Shown here: positions 1 through 9,442 of the stretch, piece after piece
Layout of the letters: the number at the start of each line of letters is the position of its first letter
Position numbering within the stretch: position 1 is the stretch's first letter
Assembly (NCBI GenBank): GCA_947311795.1
Contig: CAMZLX010000111.1
Coordinates: forward strand, 1-33,234
Length of the DNA stretch: 33,234 nt
Source: an uncultured Zetaproteobacteria bacterium
GTDB lineage: Bacteria > Pseudomonadota > Zetaproteobacteria > Mariprofundales > Mariprofundaceae
Direction: 5' to 3'
The notes under the pieces: generated by a model
What the model was told of the DNA's origin: nothing
Database searches by the model: none
What the model saw: the letters and a program-made list of their open reading frames with translations, nothing else
Position numbers and translations under genes: made by a program

Positions 1-362
1 TAGATTTAACCGCAGAGAATTTTGAAGAAAAAGTGAATGGTAGTGACATCACTATGATTGATTTTTGGGCACCTTGGTGTGGGCCGTGCAAATCATTTGC
101 ACCCACGTATGAAGAAGTATCTGAAAATCACCCTGATGTGATGTTTGCCAAGGTCAACACAGAAGATGAGCAAGCCTTGGGTGCGCAATTTAATATTCGC
201 TCTATCCCAACATTGATGGTGATTCGTGAAAATATTGTGATTTTTTCGCAAGCGGGTGCATTACCTAAACCTGCTTTAGAAGATTTAATCAAACAAATTA
301 AAGAAGTGGATATGGATGAAGTGCGCGCAGCAGTTGCGAAAGAACAGGCGGAAAAGGCGTAA
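1..362 (+). CDS. trxA: Thioredoxin, 5'-truncated by the window edge
   Basis: WAPWCGPC active site and SIPTL cis-Pro loop. The frame is open upstream of the ORF call (DLTAENFEEKV from nt 3), so the true start lies before the window. Confidence 0.9.
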   Translation, partial: DLTAENFEEKVNGSDITMIDFWAPWCGPCKSFAPTYEEVSENHPDVMFAKVNTEDEQALGAQFNIRSIPTLMVIRENIVIFSQAGALPKPALEDLIKQIKEVDMDEVRAAVAKEQAEKA

Positions 363-387
363 CATTATAGCATAAGGTAGAAAGAAG

Positions 388-422
388 AAGCCGCTGCATT
401 GGAAGATGTGGCGGCTTTTTTT
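388..422 (+). terminator. Rho-independent terminator after thioredoxin
   Basis: Stem AAGCCGCTGCAT/ATGTGGCGGCTT followed by a T-tract. Confidence 0.75.
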
Positions 423-434
423 ATAATACTGACT

Positions 435-463
435 TTGCGTTTTCTAAGAAGCTCAGCTATATT
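435..463 (+). promoter_or_regulatory. Putative sigma70 promoter for the small ORF at 487
   Basis: TTGCGT-N17-TATATT. The GCTCAG/CTGAGC inverted repeat (451-472) straddles the -10. Confidence 0.45.
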
Positions 464-486
464 AATCTGAGCGTAGGGGGCGAAGT

Positions 487-615
487 ATGGACTGGAATAG
501 GCGGCAACAAAACCAAAGAGTGGCTCAAAAAATGAGTAGTAAACAAAAGCGTTTTTTACAGCGAACATCATTGGTTTTTCTCTGTATTTTTGTTGTTATT
601 TATACTCTGGCGTGA
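487..615 (+). CDS. Unannotated 42-aa small protein with a C-terminal hydrophobic helix
   Basis: SD AGGGGG (475-480), ATG 487, MDWNRRQQNQRVAQKMSSKQKRFLQRTSLVFLCIFVVIYTLA*. It fills the gap up to the recG stop. Confidence 0.5.
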   Translation: MDWNRRQQNQRVAQKMSSKQKRFLQRTSLVFLCIFVVIYTLA

Positions 616-619
616 CCCG

Positions 620-2650
620 TTAATCGACTTCGTCGGCAAGCGGTCGCCAGAATTGGCGCATATTTTCTGAAATGCTCACTTCTTCGATAACAGGGCTATT
701 TCCCCATCGGCGAATCAAATCTGTATCCAGGGCGGGGTCAATCAATCGAAATCCTGCTTCACCACTTTGCCTTGTGCCAATGGCATCACCCGCACCGCGG
801 TGTTTTAAGTCCGATTCTGCAAGCATCAAACCATCATGGCACGAAGTCATCAGGCTTAAACGCTCAGTGGCGGTTGCACCTGCTTGTTTGCTGGGAATGA
901 GCATGCAATAACTTTGTAAGTCTGAGCGACCTACGCGCCCTCTAAGTTGATGCAGTTGGGCAAGACCATACATATCCGCATGTTCAATCACCATCACCCG
1001 TGCTTCAGGCACATTCACACCCACTTCAACCACGGTGGTTGAAACAAGAATACGGCAGCTTCCATCGGCAAATGAGCAGAGTGCGGCTTGTTTGTCTTTG
1101 GGTTTCATTTTTCCATGCAAACCAAGAATATTTTCGTTGGGGAAGCGTTGTTTGAGCGTGTCCAAGCGTTTATCCACACTAATCATGTCTTCATCTTCAT
1201 CAATACGCGGCACAATCCAGTAAATACGCCCGTCTTGGTTTAACATGCGTTCCACCGCATCAGCCAGTGCAGGAAGCTTACTTTCGGAAATAACTCGTGT
1301 TTCTATTGGTTTTCGACCCTTGGGCAACCCCTGCATGATGCTTAAATCCATATCGCCATACAGTGCGAGTGCCAACGAGCGGGGGATGGGGGTAGCGGTC
1401 ATGGCAAGCAAATGAACAGCGTGTTCCTCATTCTTCGTGGTTAAGCCCCAACGCTGTTGCACACCAAAGCGATGTTGCTCATCGACAAGGGCAAGCCCAA
1501 GGTCAGCAAACTTCACATCATGGGTGAGTAGGGCATGGGTTCCCACCAAGACATCAATATCACCAGCCGCCAAGGCTTTGAGCATGGTGTTGCGCTCTCG
1601 TTTTTTGGTGCTGCCCGTAAGCAATGCCACGCTGATATGATGCGGTTCTAAGAGTTCTCTTAATGTCTGCGCATGTTGTTGCGCCAAGACTTCCGTGGGT
1701 GCCATCATGGCACTTTGTCGACCATGTACCGCAAGGCGAACCATAGCCAGTGCTGCAACCCAAGTTTTACCTGCACCCACATCACCTTGCAGCAAACGGT
1801 GCATACGTTTTTCTGCGACCAAATCATCGCCAATGTCTTGCCAAACATGCTGTTGCGCATCCGTTAAAGCAAAGGGGAGCGATTGTATAAAAGTCTGCTC
1901 TTTTTCAGTTGCAGGCAATGGGGTTGTGCTGATTTCAGCCAGTTTTCGCTGTTGTTGCATGAGTTGTAGATACACAAGTAACTCTTCAACTTGCAAGCGT
2001 TGCAGAGCTTGTTGAATGATTGGGCTTTCTGGGTCATGTTGCGCATTGTTGTGCAAAAGATACAAGGCTTGAAACAAGCTTGGATAGTCGGGCAAATGAT
2101 TATCCAATGGGCTTTCGGCTTCTTTGGCGATGAGCATTAACCCTTTTTTTATCCAACCACTGATTTTACTACCATTGTATCCCGCCACTGAAGCATATTT
2201 GGCTTTCCAACACGGTTCAAAGCGGTCTATGGGTTGCCATTCGGGGTGGGTGATTTGCCATGCGCTGCCCCATTTGTCGGGTGTTCCGCGCACTGTAATT
2301 TTTTGCCCTTCTGCAAGCCTTGCATCAGACATCATGTATTTGGCATGAAAGAAGGAGAGTTGGATGGATGCACCCGTGTCATCAGAAAGTGTGATGTGAA
2401 CCGTAGCTTTGCGCCCAAAACCATGGCTGCGTCTGCTTGTGATTGTGCCTGCAATGCGCGTTTCTTGCTTGGGGATAAGTTCTGAAATGGGCTTGATATG
2501 TCTATCATCCACCCAAGATTTGGGCAGATGAAACAATAGTGAACCCACACTGCTATAACCCAAAGCTTGCAACTTCTTCGCAGCTACAGGGCCAATGCCA
2601 TCAATGCGTTCGATGGGTAGGTAAAAGCTGGGGTAAATCTCAATCGGCAT
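620..2650 (-). CDS. recG: ATP-dependent DNA helicase RecG
   Basis: Wedge/OB N-terminus, RLLQGDVGAGKT, DEQHRFG, TATPIPR, QLHQLRGRVGR. Confidence 0.95.
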   Translation of the reverse strand: MPIEIYPSFYLPIERIDGIGPVAAKKLQALGYSSVGSLLFHLPKSWVDDRHIKPISELIPKQETRIAGTITSRRSHGFGRKATVHITLSDDTGASIQLSFFHAKYMMSDARLAEGQKITVRGTPDKWGSAWQITHPEWQPIDRFEPCWKAKYASVAGYNGSKISGWIKKGLMLIAKEAESPLDNHLPDYPSLFQALYLLHNNAQHDPESPIIQQALQRLQVEELLVYLQLMQQQRKLAEISTTPLPATEKEQTFIQSLPFALTDAQQHVWQDIGDDLVAEKRMHRLLQGDVGAGKTWVAALAMVRLAVHGRQSAMMAPTEVLAQQHAQTLRELLEPHHISVALLTGSTKKRERNTMLKALAAGDIDVLVGTHALLTHDVKFADLGLALVDEQHRFGVQQRWGLTTKNEEHAVHLLAMTATPIPRSLALALYGDMDLSIMQGLPKGRKPIETRVISESKLPALADAVERMLNQDGRIYWIVPRIDEDEDMISVDKRLDTLKQRFPNENILGLHGKMKPKDKQAALCSFADGSCRILVSTTVVEVGVNVPEARVMVIEHADMYGLAQLHQLRGRVGRSDLQSYCMLIPSKQAGATATERLSLMTSCHDGLMLAESDLKHRGAGDAIGTRQSGEAGFRLIDPALDTDLIRRWGNSPVIEEVSISENMRQFWRPLADEVD

Positions 2651-2670
2651 GGGTTTAGCTTAGCGTGAAT

Positions 2671-3591
2671 TTATAAGCTTTGAAACTCGCGGGTAGAATA
2701 CCTGTTGTTCGCCGTCATATCATTGTATTTGAATTGGTTTGGTTTACCCGCATAGATGCTTTCAGTGAGCCAAGTTTCTTCATCATCTATGTCGGATTCA
2801 GAAATAGATTTGCTCCACACACCTTTTTTGCCACTTCCACGGTTGTCAGTGTACGAAAAGTCAGCTAACCAACGGTAACCGCGTGCTTTGAGGTCATCTT
2901 TTTTGTCAAAAGGTGCAGCTACGGCAAAGTAGCGGCGGCTTGTTTCTCTTGCACCTTGAAGCAGTACTGCCATGGCAAGTTTGCCTGATTCAGGCAATGT
3001 TTTACTCAGCAAATGTAGGGTGGCTTGAGCATCATTGACGGCTCTATGCCCTTCAAAGAAGTAGCCCAGTTTATAGGCGATGTAGTCTAGCTTTAAGCTA
3101 GCAATATTCTCACTTTGCCAGTTGATGTCATTGAATGTACATGCCCAATTGTTATCTGATACTTGCGGAAACCTGCGCTCCAACATTTGTCTATCAAAGG
3201 CTGCATTATGGGCAATGATAAGGCTGGATTTTTCAAGCCAACTGATAATATCTTGCTCATCCAAGCTTTGCCCAACCAGCATATCATCGCTTATGCCTGT
3301 GACTTGTTTAACGATGTCAGAAAGCGGTTCTTTGGGGTCTTCAAAGCCGCCGTATTCATGTAAAATATTATAAATAAGACCTGTGCCTGCATCATATTCA
3401 AAGGCAACAAAACCCAGCTCAATGATTTTATCTTTGGCGGTGTCCAAACCTGTGGTTTCAGTGTCCAACACAATGCCAATGCGCGGTGTTTGGGCTTGCC
3501 CTTGTTGGTAGCGTGTTATGGGTTCGAGTTTGGTGAGGACTTTATATTTGCCATCTTTTTCAAGCTCTTGAATCATCTCATGTTCATTCAT
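2671..3591 (-). CDS. DEDDh 3'-5' exonuclease (DnaQ/epsilon-like)
   Basis: ExoI LDTETTG, ExoII AHNAAFD, ExoIII HRAVNDA. Confidence 0.88.
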   Translation of the reverse strand: MNEHEMIQELEKDGKYKVLTKLEPITRYQQGQAQTPRIGIVLDTETTGLDTAKDKIIELGFVAFEYDAGTGLIYNILHEYGGFEDPKEPLSDIVKQVTGISDDMLVGQSLDEQDIISWLEKSSLIIAHNAAFDRQMLERRFPQVSDNNWACTFNDINWQSENIASLKLDYIAYKLGYFFEGHRAVNDAQATLHLLSKTLPESGKLAMAVLLQGARETSRRYFAVAAPFDKKDDLKARGYRWLADFSYTDNRGSGKKGVWSKSISESDIDDEETWLTESIYAGKPNQFKYNDMTANNRYSTREFQSL

Positions 3592-5089
3592 GGGTTGTCC
3601 TCAATGTTGCATTTAATATGGGTAACAGGCTGCCATCATTGCGCGGTTTAAAATCTTTTAAACGCGAGCCAGATACTGCGACCACAGCATCATACCAAAG
3701 CGGAATATACACTTGGTCTTTTGCCATTTGCTGTTGAATTTTGGCATACAATACTGTGCGTGCAGTTATATCTTCGCTAACTGCAGCTTTATCCAACCAT
3801 TCATCCACTTGCGGGTTGCTGTAGCGCCCGCGATTTGCACCTTTGGGTGGTTGCATCTCGGTGTGCAGCATCCAGCGATAAATATCAGGGTCGGTGATAC
3901 CTACCCAAGATAGTGAAAACATTTGAAAATCTCCGCGTTTGATGCGGGCATAAAAACCGCCCCATTCCAAGGACTCAATCGATACATCAATACCTATCTT
4001 CTTCCAAGCATCGGCAATGGCAGTGACCAATCGTAGTCGGGTAGGATTGGTGCTGGTGCGGTAGTTGAGTGTAAACCGAACACCATCTTGGTTACGAGGA
4101 AACCCTGCTTTATCCAACAGTGTTTCAGCTTTCGCAATGTCAAAAGGTGTGAGTGAAATGTTAGTTGCAGCCCAATGGTTTGGGGTGAGTACGGTCTCAC
4201 CCAAAGTGGGTAAATCAGCAAACAAAGCTTGTTTGAGCAAGTTTCTATCTAAGGCTAAAGCAAGGGCTTTGCGTACCTTCTGATGTTTGAGTATGGGGTC
4301 TAACATGTTCAAACCAATATAGGAGAAGGTGGTGGATGCTTGGCTGGTGATGTTTAAGTTCTTCTGCTTTTTAAGCCAAGGAAGCAGGTGGGGCGGCAAA
4401 TCATTTTGGGTAAAATCAATTTCACCACGTACCAGTTTCAAGGCGCGGGTAACAGGGTCTTTAATCGTGAGGATTGAGATTTGCTGTATGCTTTCTTGAT
4501 TGGGTTGGGCGCGAGTCAGTTGAAGGGTGTTACCCCACGAATCAAGTTTAAATACACCACAACCCACAGTGTGTTTGGCTTGATGCGGCTTGGATGCTTC
4601 TGGTGCAGGTAAAACACCAAGATTTAATCGGGTGAGCAGGGATGAATCCGGTTTATTCAGTTTAAGTGTGATGTGGGTTGAATCATCCACAATTATATCT
4701 TGAATCGAGGCAAAACCTGCGCGCAAAGGGCTTGCGATATTTTTATCCAACACAGCATGAAGTGTGGCTGCCACATCTTGGGCAGTGACTTTTTGCCCAT
4801 CATGAAACTTCTTGTTGGCATCAAGGGTAAATGCCCAAGTATAAGGGTCGGGGTGCTGCCATGATGTGGCAAGGTTGGGTTGGGGTAAAAAGTCTTCACC
4901 CAATTTCACCAAACCACAGTGCATCAGTTCTTGCACTTTATGTGATGCTGCATCGGTGGCAAAACGTGGGTCTAAGCTGATGGGTGCTGAAGCTAGACCT
5001 AAACGCACGGTGTGACTTTCAGGTGCTTCTGTGGAGCAAGCAGCCAGCCCAAGTGCGATGATTAATAGCAAGTGTTTCATGATACCCAT
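3584..5089 (-). CDS. ABC transporter substrate-binding lipoprotein, family 5 (Opp/Dpp/Nik-like)
   Basis: Lipobox LAAC; SLDP, FHDG..VTA.DV and VRKALALALDR motifs. Confidence 0.9.
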   Translation of the reverse strand: MGIMKHLLLIIALGLAACSTEAPESHTVRLGLASAPISLDPRFATDAASHKVQELMHCGLVKLGEDFLPQPNLATSWQHPDPYTWAFTLDANKKFHDGQKVTAQDVAATLHAVLDKNIASPLRAGFASIQDIIVDDSTHITLKLNKPDSSLLTRLNLGVLPAPEASKPHQAKHTVGCGVFKLDSWGNTLQLTRAQPNQESIQQISILTIKDPVTRALKLVRGEIDFTQNDLPPHLLPWLKKQKNLNITSQASTTFSYIGLNMLDPILKHQKVRKALALALDRNLLKQALFADLPTLGETVLTPNHWAATNISLTPFDIAKAETLLDKAGFPRNQDGVRFTLNYRTSTNPTRLRLVTAIADAWKKIGIDVSIESLEWGGFYARIKRGDFQMFSLSWVGITDPDIYRWMLHTEMQPPKGANRGRYSNPQVDEWLDKAAVSEDITARTVLYAKIQQQMAKDQVYIPLWYDAVVAVSGSRLKDFKPRNDGSLLPILNATLRTTHE

Positions 5090-6324
5090 AAACTTAATGT
5101 TTCCACATGCCCTGTATAGGGAAATAGGTCTAAGGGGCGCAATGCTTTAAGCGTAAATCCTGCATCGAACAGAGCTTTGGCATCACGTTTGGCGGCTGCC
5201 AAATCACAGTTGACCATAATGATTTGTTTGGGAAAGAGTTGACGGATATGCTGGCAGATTCGCTTGGCACCTTTGCGTGGTGGGTCGAGGATAAGTGTGT
5301 CTGCACCGATAAATGACTCCAAATCAAAGCTGCCAAATAAGTCCATGGTTTGATAGTGGGCATCAAGCTTTAAACGTTTGGCATTGCTATTCGCTGCTTT
5401 CACGCTGGCAGGATTGAGTTCTGCACCTTGCACTTGTGCGCCTAAAGCTTGGGCGAGCGGTAAAGATAAATTGCCGCAACCAGAAAACAAATCAACGATA
5501 CGTTGCGAGCCTTGAGACCAAGCAATGATTTGTTGAATAAGCATTTGGTTGCCTTGTTGATGCCCTTGTACAAAATCATTGGCACCGATTTCAATGTCTA
5601 TGTGTTGGTTGTCTGGTAATGCAATGCGGTCAAATAAGGTTTGTGTTGGTTTAAGCAAAGCTTTGATAGATGGTGAATCAAGCTTGCGCCACCACCATTG
5701 TTGATGCGGGTTGTGTGGCACTGTGAAATCATCAGGGCAAGTCTGGTCGGACTCAAGAATGATATGTGTGCCGTTATGCAGTTGGGTGGCTCGAATGCTC
5801 TGTATGCTTGCGGGTATGGACAGTGCTTCAAGTGTATGCCGTAACCTGTCTAAGCCTTTGCTTAGAGCGTTGCAATGATGGGTATGTGTTAGGTCGTGGC
5901 TGAATCGCTTGCGAAAACCAAGTTTCCCATTTTGCACAAACCATCGCACACGTCTTCGTCCTGCAAAACCAGAGTGATGGGGCTGCAAAGGTGTAAATTC
6001 TGTGTTGTCTGAGATAAAAGGTTTGAATGCATCCAATACCCATGATGTTTTTAAATCAGCTTGGGCGCTTAAGTGCATGTGTTGTAAGGCGCAACCGCCA
6101 CATGTTTCACTCACGGCACAGGGTGGGGACACACGTTGCGGTGAGGGTTTAGAAATTTCATCCAGTTTGCCGCGCATAACACCACGTTTTTTGTCTGTGA
6201 TACGGTAGCGAATGTCTTCACCTGCAATGGTGTTGGGGATAAATACGGTGTTGTTGTCGTGATGAGTGATGCCATCACCACCATACGCCACCGTTTGAAT
6301 ATGCCCGCTTAAGGTTTCAGGCAT
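5077..6324 (-). CDS. rlmD: 23S rRNA m5U methyltransferase (RlmD/TrmA family)
   Basis: TRAM-like N-terminus, CAVSETCGGC Fe-S motif, DLFSGCG SAM loop, LDPPRKG, VNCD catalytic Cys, DLFPYTGHVE. Confidence 0.85.
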   Translation of the reverse strand: MPETLSGHIQTVAYGGDGITHHDNNTVFIPNTIAGEDIRYRITDKKRGVMRGKLDEISKPSPQRVSPPCAVSETCGGCALQHMHLSAQADLKTSWVLDAFKPFISDNTEFTPLQPHHSGFAGRRRVRWFVQNGKLGFRKRFSHDLTHTHHCNALSKGLDRLRHTLEALSIPASIQSIRATQLHNGTHIILESDQTCPDDFTVPHNPHQQWWWRKLDSPSIKALLKPTQTLFDRIALPDNQHIDIEIGANDFVQGHQQGNQMLIQQIIAWSQGSQRIVDLFSGCGNLSLPLAQALGAQVQGAELNPASVKAANSNAKRLKLDAHYQTMDLFGSFDLESFIGADTLILDPPRKGAKRICQHIRQLFPKQIIMVNCDLAAAKRDAKALFDAGFTLKALRPLDLFPYTGHVETLSLWVS

Positions 6325-6326
6325 AT

Positions 6327-8150
6327 TTATTTGAGTAAATCGATAGGACCAATGGTGATGGGGTCTTGGGTTTTAAATTTAATTCGAACACCATCAATGG
6401 ATGGGTATTTTGTGTTAAAACCTGAAATGGTTACCTTTTTGTCAATGTCTTTGTCCTTTTGCTCAAATATTTTTTTCCATTTGCGTTTGCCTGCAGGTTT
6501 GACTTCGACTTGAATAAATCCATGTTTAAAATCTTTTTTTCCGACACTGGCTTTATGAACAATAATTTTAGAAAGCGAGACGGGTTTATCAAAAAGAACG
6601 CTTGTATCACCACGTTTAAATGATGATAACCAACCCTTTTCTGCTAACTCAGGATAAAATAAGTGAGAGCCACCACGAAACTCGTGCGCTTGGCTAACAT
6701 CAACCTTGGATTTGTCTTTACGTTTTACTTGGTGTGAATAACTGTATGTTAAGGAGCGACTCACCTTTTTCTTTGGTTTGTATTTTTTCTTGGTTTTAAC
6801 CTTAACTTTTTTCTTAGCTATGGGTTTTACTATTTTCTGTTCGATGATTTCGGCTTCTGGATTAACTTTAGGCGTTGTAGGTATGATTTGTTTGGGCTCT
6901 TCTTTTACCACAGGTTTTGGGGTTTCTTTAATTACTTCTATTGCGGCTAACAAGTGTTTTTTACTTTTGTGATTGATTTCTTTTTCTTTAGCTTGGATTT
7001 TAAGTACGGTTTCTTCTGCCATGCCTAGCACACTGATAGAAGATATACCTAAGGCTACAAATATGATAGCAACAATAGCTAAGTCTGCCTGTGTTTTTTT
7101 AATGTTGGGAATAAGCTTACCCAGTAGCTTTTGCCATTGATATTGACCATAACTTATCCATTGTTTTGCAATGTGATGGTTGGTTGAAGAAACCGAGAAA
7201 GCGGATGAAACTGATGCTTGCATTTTGCTAGATTTAGTGCTCTTTTTTTGTCTTTTAGCTGGTGATGCTAGGAACTGAAGCCCTTCTAATAACTTTTCAA
7301 TTTCAGCGTGTACTTCTGATGCACTAGAAGGACGATGTATTTTATTTTTTTCTAAAAGTTTAAGGATAAGTTTCGACAAAGGAATTGGTATGCTGGCATC
7401 AACCTCATGGGGTTTTGGAGCAAGTTCGCGAACTTGCTTTTCCATGATTTCAAATTCGCCACCACTACCTGTAGCATCAAAAGGTAACTTGCCAAGCAGC
7501 ATATAAAACAAAAGTATGCCAAATGCATACAAATCTGTACGTGCATCTAGCGGGTTATTTAAAATTTGTTCGGGAGCCATGTATCGGAATGAACCAACGG
7601 TTGCACCGCTTTGGGTTAAATCCTCGCCACCCTGTTCAGGTTTGGCGAGCCCGAAATCGAGAAGTTTAACTTCTCCTTTATCGGATACTAAAATATTGGC
7701 TGGTTTAAGGTCGCGATGCACCATGCCAAATTCATGAGCAGCTTCTAATCCCTTTAATATCTCAATTGCTATTTTTAGTTTTTTTTTGGTGGAAAGGTTT
7801 GGGTTGTTCCTCAAGAAAGCTTTAAGGTCATCGCCTTTGACGACCTCCATGACCAAAGCCATATAGGTGTCATCTTCATATAAGGATAACAGTGTAACGA
7901 TGTTGGGGTGCATGAGCTTGGCGTGCATTCGCGCTTCGCGACGAAAGCGTTGTTTTAAATTTTCATGTTGAAGCAGATGCGGGTGCAACACTTTGATGGC
8001 GACAGGGCGACCAAGGTTTTTATCTGTTGCCAAATAAACAATACCCATGCCACCTTGTCCAAGGCGTGATTCAATATCATATGGCCCTAGACTGGTTAAG
8101 TCAGGAGTGCTTCCATGCAATATGACTTGCTCTGCGTTGTTTTCGCTCAA
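6327..8150 (-). CDS. Hanks-type Ser/Thr protein kinase with one TM helix and an extracytoplasmic C-terminal domain
   Basis: GQGGMG, VAIK, HRDLKPAN, DFG, APE motifs; TM LAIVAIIFVALGISSISVLG; Lys-rich C-terminal region; TTG start. Confidence 0.92.
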   Translation of the reverse strand: MSENNAEQVILHGSTPDLTSLGPYDIESRLGQGGMGIVYLATDKNLGRPVAIKVLHPHLLQHENLKQRFRREARMHAKLMHPNIVTLLSLYEDDTYMALVMEVVKGDDLKAFLRNNPNLSTKKKLKIAIEILKGLEAAHEFGMVHRDLKPANILVSDKGEVKLLDFGLAKPEQGGEDLTQSGATVGSFRYMAPEQILNNPLDARTDLYAFGILLFYMLLGKLPFDATGSGGEFEIMEKQVRELAPKPHEVDASIPIPLSKLILKLLEKNKIHRPSSASEVHAEIEKLLEGLQFLASPAKRQKKSTKSSKMQASVSSAFSVSSTNHHIAKQWISYGQYQWQKLLGKLIPNIKKTQADLAIVAIIFVALGISSISVLGMAEETVLKIQAKEKEINHKSKKHLLAAIEVIKETPKPVVKEEPKQIIPTTPKVNPEAEIIEQKIVKPIAKKKVKVKTKKKYKPKKKVSRSLTYSYSHQVKRKDKSKVDVSQAHEFRGGSHLFYPELAEKGWLSSFKRGDTSVLFDKPVSLSKIIVHKASVGKKDFKHGFIQVEVKPAGKRKWKKIFEQKDKDIDKKVTISGFNTKYPSIDGVRIKFKTQDPITIGPIDLLK

Positions 8151-8247
8151 TTCTATCCTCGTTGTATGATAGCTACCTACATTTTAGATGTGATTTATGT
8201 TACTTGCAGATTGTTGGTATTCTATACCTAATGTCAAGCGACTCTCG

Positions 8248-8754
8248 TCACGGATGCGTGTTTTTAATTTTTTGTTGCAGCGGCGCATGGTGGGCATGGC
8301 AAATACACACTGCCAAAGCATCCGCTGCATCCTCCTGCAAAGGCATGGGTGGTTTGAGCAGGGCTTTGATCATGTGTTGTACTTGTGCCTTATCTGCTTT
8401 GCCATGCCCAACCACAGCCTGTTTGATGGCTGTTGGGCTATATGTGCCAACATCTAAGTCAGCATGACAACATGCGGCAATCAATGCACCTCGCGCTTGC
8501 CCAAGTTTAAGCGCAGATGACACATTTTTAGAGACAAATACATCTTCTATCGCGGCACACGATGGTTGGTAAGCGCTAATAATTTCCAACAACACTTTGA
8601 ACAATATACCAAGACGGTCGGTAAACTCACCTGTGCCACATTGAATCACTTGATGATGAACATGACGAATACGGTTGCCTTTAATATCAATGATGCCCAC
8701 GCCTGCTTTGCGTGAGCCAGGGTCTATGCCCAGAATACGAATAATATCACTCAT
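8248..8754 (-). CDS. ruvC: Holliday junction resolvase RuvC
   Basis: ILGIDPGS, AIEDVF, LGQARG, DAADALAV. Confidence 0.95.
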   Translation of the reverse strand: MSDIIRILGIDPGSRKAGVGIIDIKGNRIRHVHHQVIQCGTGEFTDRLGILFKVLLEIISAYQPSCAAIEDVFVSKNVSSALKLGQARGALIAACCHADLDVGTYSPTAIKQAVVGHGKADKAQVQHMIKALLKPPMPLQEDAADALAVCICHAHHAPLQQKIKNTHP

Positions 8755-9395
8755 GTGCTCAACCTAATTTTTTCAAGTTCTTTGACCAGTTTCTTGCGCC
8801 CAAACACCAAGCGTAAGGTATTGCCACCATGCGTTCGCCATATCCAAGCAGCACGTATGCCAGAAAACAACAAACATCGTATTTTTTCTGTGTTGTGCGT
8901 CTGTTGCAAAAATTCAGATTTGCCGCGCACAATAACCCGAGGTTTCATATCGCTAATGGTTTCTCCATAAAGGTGAGCAACCGCCGATACGATATTACTA
9001 TGGTAAGGGTCGTTAAAGTATTGAACTTGTTTCTCGATGCGTTGCAACCCTTCACCGATTTGATGGAGTTTATTGGGTTGTTTTGCCAACTTCCGTTCAA
9101 GGTTTATCAGAGTCGCGCTGTGGGTGAGGATATGTTTGGCGTATGGCACATCATGCCCTTGCAATAAACGCTTGGCTTTTACAGCCCCTGTAAAAAAAAC
9201 GCGCTCACCAATATAAGCTTCATCAAAAAAAGCATCCATACAACATGCAAACTGAGCTTGCTCACACTTGCCTTCTTGGGCAATGCTTTCAATCAATGCG
9301 CAAGCCTGCGTTAAGGCTGCTAAAGCAAGTGCACGTTGTTTTTCTCGTTGCTGCTTAGGATTTAGGTTATGCTGCGCATCATTCATGTGGGGCAT
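8751..9395 (-). CDS. hflD: High-frequency lysogenization protein HflD (DUF489)
   Basis: LERKL, LYGETIS...PRVIVRG, IRCLLFSGIRAAWIWRTHGG. Confidence 0.85.
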   Translation of the reverse strand: MPHMNDAQHNLNPKQQREKQRALALAALTQACALIESIAQEGKCEQAQFACCMDAFFDEAYIGERVFFTGAVKAKRLLQGHDVPYAKHILTHSATLINLERKLAKQPNKLHQIGEGLQRIEKQVQYFNDPYHSNIVSAVAHLYGETISDMKPRVIVRGKSEFLQQTHNTEKIRCLLFSGIRAAWIWRTHGGNTLRLVFGRKKLVKELEKIRLST

Positions 9396-9442
9396 TGTGA
9401 CGCTGTGCGTGACTTGTCACAAGCTTGGATTGAGAGGAAAGC

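Noticed and set aside
365-571. 68-aa minus-strand ORF, and an H-NS-like WTGxG peptide in a plus frame
   Set aside because: The ORF runs across the trxA terminator and has no recognisable motif. The H-NS resemblance is a few residues with no start. The 487-615 ORF has better signals.
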